Below are positions 59,812 to 64,000 of a stretch of 64,000 bases of DNA, one piece after another. Under the pieces are notes generated by a model. The model made no database searches, was not told the origin of the DNA, and saw only the letters and a list, made by a program, of their open reading frames with translations. Each line of letters opens with the position of its first letter. Position 1 is the stretch's first letter. Both the position numbers and the translations under genes were made by a program. The stretch is from an uncultured Candidatus Rokubacteria bacterium (lineage in GTDB: Bacteria > Methylomirabilota > Methylomirabilia > Rokubacteriales > CSP1-6), in the NCBI GenBank assembly GCA_963734175.1, contig CAVTGC010000010.1, positions 252,976 through 316,975 on the forward strand, written 5' to 3'.

Positions 59812-60979
59812 TGTCCAGACTCGAAATGGTGTTGACACTTCCGCGGTCCCAGAGTGGTGGTGAATGAGCTCATTGTGTGGCCACGCCCCAGACGAGCGCG
59901 GCCGGGGTACGACCGCGGACGCGATAGCCTTGGTGAGGCCGGTCGTGGTTGTAGTAGCGCATGAAGCCGTCGAGGGCTCGCTGCAGCGCCGCGCGACGAG
60001 TGAAATAGCGGCGACGGAAGACGACGCGCCAGAGTTCCTGGAGAATCGTGCCCTGCAGGCGTTCGACGAAGCCGTTGGTCCAGGCATGACGCGGTTTCGT
60101 GCGCGTATGGCGGAGGCGGAGCTCGCGGCAGGCCCCATCAAAGGCGCCCTTGAATTCCGGGCCACCATCGGTGAGCACGCGCCGCACCGGCCAGCCCGCG
60201 CGCTGGAAGTGCGGCACCACGACCTCGCGCAGGAAGCGGGCGGCGGCGGCCGCGTCGTGGGCGGGCAGCAGGCCGGCCAGCCCGTAAGAGGTCGCCGCGT
60301 CGCACGCGGTGATCTGCCACACCTTGCCCACGCCTTTGAGGTTGCCGATGTAGAAGGTGTCCAGACACACCAGCTGGCCCGGCTCCGTGGCCTCGACGTG
60401 CCGCGTGCGGCCGTGACGGGCCCGCCAGAGCTTCTCCCGGGTGCGGTCCGTGAGCAGCCCCGCCGTCCGGGCGGCCTGCTGCTCGAGCACCGTCAGGCGC
60501 GCTCGGCGCGTGGCCAAACCGACTCGGCGGAGCAGCCGCTGCACGGTGCTGGGCGCCAGGCGGATCTGCCAGGTGCGCGCCAGGTAGGCCGCCAGGCGGC
60601 GACACCCCCAGGTCGCGGCGCTGATCGCAATCCCCAGCACCAGCCGTTCCACCTCCGGCGGGGTCGCCACCGGCCGCCCCGCGCCGGCGCGCTGCCGCCG
60701 GGGATGAACCCCCTCGACGCCATAGCGTTCCAGCCGGTGGCGCCAGCGGTAAAACAGGGTCCGGGAGATGCCCAGCTCGCGGCAGACGGCGCTGACGTTG
60801 CCGAGCACCTGCGCCCGCTCGATGACGCGCAGGCGCATTCCGTGTACGCTCTCGTCGAGGGTCATCGGTCCGTCCTCCCACAGTGGTTCCCTTGGCGGGG
60901 TAAGCACTCTGGGAAAGATAGAGCCGATGGCCTTCTTGTTCGTTCACGGCAAGTGTCAACACTATTTCGAGTCCGGACA
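59812..60979 (-). mobile_element. IS481-family insertion sequence, copy C, 1168 bp
   Basis: Flanked by the 8-bp direct repeat CCCTAGAG (59804-59811 and 60980-60987). Confidence 0.9.
59870..60907 (-). CDS. IS481-family transposase
   Basis: Differs from copies A and B by 2 amino acids (WRHRLERY ; RRAALQ). Confidence 0.9.
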   Translation of the reverse strand: MLTPPREPLWEDGPMTLDESVHGMRLRVIERAQVLGNVSAVCRELGISRTLFYRWRHRLERYGVEGVHPRRQRAGAGRPVATPPEVERLVLGIAISAATWGCRRLAAYLARTWQIRLAPSTVQRLLRRVGLATRRARLTVLEQQAARTAGLLTDRTREKLWRARHGRTRHVEATEPGQLVCLDTFYIGNLKGVGKVWQITACDAATSYGLAGLLPAHDAAAAARFLREVVVPHFQRAGWPVRRVLTDGGPEFKGAFDGACRELRLRHTRTKPRHAWTNGFVERLQGTILQELWRVVFRRRYFTRRAALQRALDGFMRYYNHDRPHQGYRVRGRTPAALVWGVATQ

Positions 60980-61080
60980 CCCTAGAGCCTGCGAAATACG
61001 TTTCAGTTCTTCGTATATCGGGCCGTGTAGCTGCCCAGTCGGCACCTCAGGCGTCGGCATGGAGTGGCTCCTGTTGGACG

Positions 61081-62202
61081 TCAAGGGGCACGCCGGCCAG
61101 ACCGCAGCCGACGCCCGCGACCATCCACGACGCGCAGCCGCGGTGAGGCTCCATTTGAGGGTAGCGTCTTAGGAGCGGCGGCGTGCATCTCGATTACTTC
61201 TCTGGCAAGCATAGGCGACCAGTTGAGGTCTTCTGCGAGCCGCTTGTAGTCGATCGGGTTTCCATAGAGCACTTCAGCGATCTTACGGACTGCGCGCGGC
61301 CGTTCGGCCGGAAGCGGATGCGGCTCAGCGGTGCGCCAACGGTGCAGGCCAATCTGCTCCATCAAGTAACGGTACTGGCGCTCATGGACAATTCCCAGGT
61401 CTCTTGCCCGCCGGATCAGCATCTGAATCGAAACCCCCCAGCGTGGCTTTAGGGTGGCCAGACTCGTCAGAGTGACGGGCGTCGAGATCTCCTCGCGCAT
61501 TGCCGTCTCGGGGCAAAGAAACTCCGCGGCAAACGTGTCAGCCTGCTTTTCTAGATCCGCGATACTGCCTCGTAGGGGCTGGTGCATTACGAGATGCCCA
61601 ATCTCGTGGGCGACGGTATATCGCTGCCGCTCGCCGGGTGCGCCGGCCAGCAGCACGATCACCGGGCGCTGCGCCTCAGGTCCAGCCCAGGCGGAAAAGG
61701 CGTCGCAGGCTGACAACGTAAGAGACACCGCGAGGACCAGCACCCCGGCACGCTCCACCACGTGAAGAAGGTGTGGGATCGGCGTGTTGGGGGCCAGCCC
61801 AAGCATGGCCCGCGTCACGGCTGCGGCGAGTTTTGGCTCCTCGGAGAGACGTGGTAGCTGAAGCGGAAGCCCGCGCACCCTTTGTTCGAGTTTTTGGACC
61901 GCCTCGAGGGTGAGGTGAGCGTAGACGCGTGCTTGGTCGCGTGGCTGGGCTCGAAGGTCGGCCCGAGCGCGGAAGAGGAGCGTCCCCAGCGGGAATTCAC
62001 CCGATGTTGGTGGTTCCTCGAAAAACGAAATGGGCAGCCCGGTGGTTACACTGAACGCGGTGATGAGCTGGAGGGACGGCGTGCGGAGGCCTCGCTCGAC
62101 TTGCGTCACTGCCGGCTGCGTGACGCCCGCCCGGTCTGCCAACTCGCTTTGCGTTAGCCCCCGAAGCTCTCGCGCCTGGCGAATCCGTTCTGGATGGAAC
62201 AC
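61081..62202 (-). CDS. XRE-family HTH fused to an ImmA/IrrE-family (COG2856) zinc metallopeptidase, 373 aa
   Basis: N-terminal HTH …IRQARELRGLTQSELADRAGVTQPAVTQVERGLRTPSLQLI… ; HEXXH motif …RYTVAHEIGHLVMH… ; …EKQADTFAAEFLCP…. The GTG start overlaps the upstream gene's stop by 1 nt (TAGTG). Confidence 0.8.
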   Translation of the reverse strand: MFHPERIRQARELRGLTQSELADRAGVTQPAVTQVERGLRTPSLQLITAFSVTTGLPISFFEEPPTSGEFPLGTLLFRARADLRAQPRDQARVYAHLTLEAVQKLEQRVRGLPLQLPRLSEEPKLAAAVTRAMLGLAPNTPIPHLLHVVERAGVLVLAVSLTLSACDAFSAWAGPEAQRPVIVLLAGAPGERQRYTVAHEIGHLVMHQPLRGSIADLEKQADTFAAEFLCPETAMREEISTPVTLTSLATLKPRWGVSIQMLIRRARDLGIVHERQYRYLMEQIGLHRWRTAEPHPLPAERPRAVRKIAEVLYGNPIDYKRLAEDLNWSPMLAREVIEMHAAAPKTLPSNGASPRLRVVDGRGRRLRSGRRAP

Positions 62203-62945
62203 TACTGCTTGACCTGTCCTTGCTCTTCCTCGCCGTCACTCTCGATATCAAGGTCTGGCGCTGTGCTCTCGGGGCCGACACCCTCGGTTGGCTCGGCAAG
62301 CAAAGCATCGGGACCAGTGCTGCCGGTGGCGGCAGGGGCTGGGGGTGCAGCTTCGATGCCCAGATCCGGCTCTGTGATTTCGTCACTGGCGGACGACACG
62401 CCGTGCGCCGGATGAGGAATCTCAATTGGGCCCCAATGCAGCGTAACGGTGCTACCTGCTGAGGCCGGGCAGGCGAGGTGGAGAGCCACGAACTTGTATG
62501 CCGCGGTCACCTCCCAGAGCGCCAGCAGGTTGATGATGCCATCCGCCGCGATTGGGGATTCCACGTCGGGAAACTGAAATGTCAACTGTTGAGCGTAGAA
62601 GTCCTGGAGGATCTTTGAGCCACCCGGCGGTCGGACGCCAGCGGGCGAGTACTTTTGAAATCGGAGATGGTAGCGCCCGGCCAGTAGTGAGATGCCGTTG
62701 TTTGCCAGCGGCTCACGCTCCACGTCGTCCTCAGCTGCGTGGAGGCCATCCGCCTCGAGGCGCTGGATTGCCAAGTAGCGCACGATATTGTGCGCCAAGG
62801 CATTGTTCACTGACTCGTGCCGGTCATCGAACCAGCCTCGGACGTCCTGACAACCCGATTCGAATGCGGCGTAGACGGCTGGCCAGAGGTGCGACAGTTC
62901 GGCGCGCACATCCTCGAACTCAGGGAGCGGGCCTGGCGTTGGCAT
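62202..62945 (-). CDS. Hypothetical 247-aa protein translationally coupled upstream of the HTH-ImmA/IrrE gene
   Basis: MPTPGPLPEFEDVRAELSHLWPAVYAAFESGCQDVRGWFDDRHESVNNALAHNIVRYLAIQRLEADGLHAAEDDVEREPLANNGISLLAGRYHLRFQKY… Acidic Gly/Pro-rich C-terminus. No recognised domain. Confidence 0.55.
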   Translation of the reverse strand: MPTPGPLPEFEDVRAELSHLWPAVYAAFESGCQDVRGWFDDRHESVNNALAHNIVRYLAIQRLEADGLHAAEDDVEREPLANNGISLLAGRYHLRFQKYSPAGVRPPGGSKILQDFYAQQLTFQFPDVESPIAADGIINLLALWEVTAAYKFVALHLACPASAGSTVTLHWGPIEIPHPAHGVSSASDEITEPDLGIEAAPPAPAATGSTGPDALLAEPTEGVGPESTAPDLDIESDGEEEQGQVKQ

Positions 62946-63530
62946 GGCATTTTATAACCTACAAGGTGTGGTGTAGTCAAGCCTCCCCGAACCCTCGTTG
63001 CAGGGCGGCGCCCACACCGGTCGCCATACGCCCTCCCGGAAGGCGGCGAGAAGCGCGTCGTTGTGCCGCTCGCTCGTCACGCCGGTCTTGTTCGCTTCCT
63101 GCCATAGCTTCGCGCGTCTCGGGCGCCGTCCACCCATCGCTGGCTGCCGTACTTCGCCAGCAGTTAGAGCGGCAGCCGAGATTCGAAAGAGCACATAGCT
63201 CAGATCCCAACCGCCTGGGTTTCGTTATGGGCCGTTACGCGGCCGGGATACTCAGCCGGACGTCACGATCCCAAAAGCCGCCAAACCAGTGGGGCGACGA
63301 CCGAACTTTCAGAAATCAAAGTCCTCCAAGGTGTCTAAACAGAGGATACCTCGTCGGTTGGAAGAAGGGCGATCGACCAGTCGGCGTCGTCCGACGTTAG
63401 CGAACTCGCACAATTCCTCGGTTTTCGACCAAGCCAAAGGTATCGAATCCCGCCGGGGTCACCACATTGATTATCTTTTCCTTTTGGTCCCCGAGTTTTA
63501 GTGCCGTGGGGTAGGGATGTGAACCCCTGT

Positions 63531-63700
63531 TCATGCCCCGCTCACGTCAAAGACGCTTACTACCTTCTCCAGATCGCCCTGGGTCAGCCTCGTATAGAGC
63601 GTAGTGGTCTGGATGTCGGCATGGGCCCGCCACTTCCCTTCCGCGATGTGGCTCAGCGACAGCCAATAACCCCTGGCGCTCAACGCCGACCGTGAAGCCC
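63531..63700 (-). pseudogene. Possible tyrosine-recombinase C-terminal remnant
   Basis: …GKWRAHADIQTTTLYTRLTQGDLEKVV… resembles the integrase C-terminal …LGHADI.TT.IYTH…E.L… region. Weak. Confidence 0.25.
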
Positions 63701-64000
63701 GACTCCCTCCCAGGTGTCGAGCCATCGGTGGGGCATCTGCAGCTCGGGCTCGATCGGCTTGAGCTGAAGGAAGTCGAGGGCGGCGTGAAGACCCTTCGCG
63801 CGCTCCGTCACCTCCCCGCTCGGCCATGTCAGTGTGACAGGCTCCGGCCCCCGAGAAATACGAACCGTCGACGTGAGCGGCAGCGTGATCGTGAAGCACG
63901 CGCCCCTCCCGGGCCCATCGCTCTCGGCTCGCACCTGACCACCGTGAAGTTCTACCAGCGACCGCACGATTGCGAGGCCGAGGCCAACGCCGCGAGCGGA
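63680..64000 (-). CDS. Histidine-kinase C-terminus (HATPase_c) fused in frame to member 3 of the '[12 protein letters not shown]' family. 5' partial at the window edge and truncated after …[10 protein letters not shown].
   Basis: …[103 protein letters not shown]. Confidence 0.4.
   Translation of the reverse strand, partial: SARGVGLGLAIVRSLVELHGGQVRAESDGPGRGACFTITLPLTSTVRISRGPEPVTLTWPSGEVTERAKGLHAALDFLQLKPIEPELQMPHRWLDTWEGVGLHGRR

Noticed and set aside
63531-63700. Intact tyrosine integrase marking an island boundary
   Set aside because: Only about 30 aa of integrase-like C-terminal sequence (…HADIQTTTLYTRL…) are visible. The frame is overlapped by the FLQ-family/kinase ORF. No N-terminal or catalytic R-H-R-Y block was found, so it is kept only as a low-confidence remnant.

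Overview
This is a high-GC (~67%) bacterial accessory region, probably from a soil organism, and it is dense with insertion sequences and gene fragments. The identifiable blocks are as follows.

(1) Serine-recombinase remnants lie at the left edge, next to a perfect 136-bp tandem duplication.

(2) An IS5/IS1182-type transposase is present.

(3) Two identical IS3-family elements sit in direct orientation at 12286-13809 and 39661-41184. They bracket about 27 kb that carries a [NiFe]-hydrogenase structural and maturation cluster: hypF-hypC-hypD-(SIS)-hypE, small and large subunits, a NifU-like gene, conserved hypotheticals, the maturation protease, then hypA-hypB. The L1/L2 signatures fit the group 1h/5 'high-affinity' type. 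Nearly every gene in this block is broken by 1-nt frameshifts.

(4) Three near-identical IS481-family copies are each flanked by 8-bp CTAG-centred target duplications. One of them is nested in the end of a second IS3-like element that carries an A6G slippery site.

(5) Signalling genes are scattered through the window: PAS/GAF hybrid histidine kinases, single-domain response regulators, a CheB-type methylesterase, and four tandem Tat-signal PF04392 substrate-binding-protein paralogs sitting under a histidine kinase/response regulator pair.

(6) Several recurrent uncharacterised families appear. These are a superfamily of small C-terminal zinc-ribbon proteins (at least 8 members, twice paired with a receiver domain, often next to IS ends), a three-member '[12 protein letters not shown]' family, and an HTH-XRE/ImmA-IrrE metallopeptidase coupled to an unknown 247-aa protein beside an unknown 349-aa protein in an AT-richer patch.

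No rRNA, tRNA or CRISPR array was recognised. Many long ORFs in the six-frame track are antisense or out-of-frame shadows typical of high-GC DNA.
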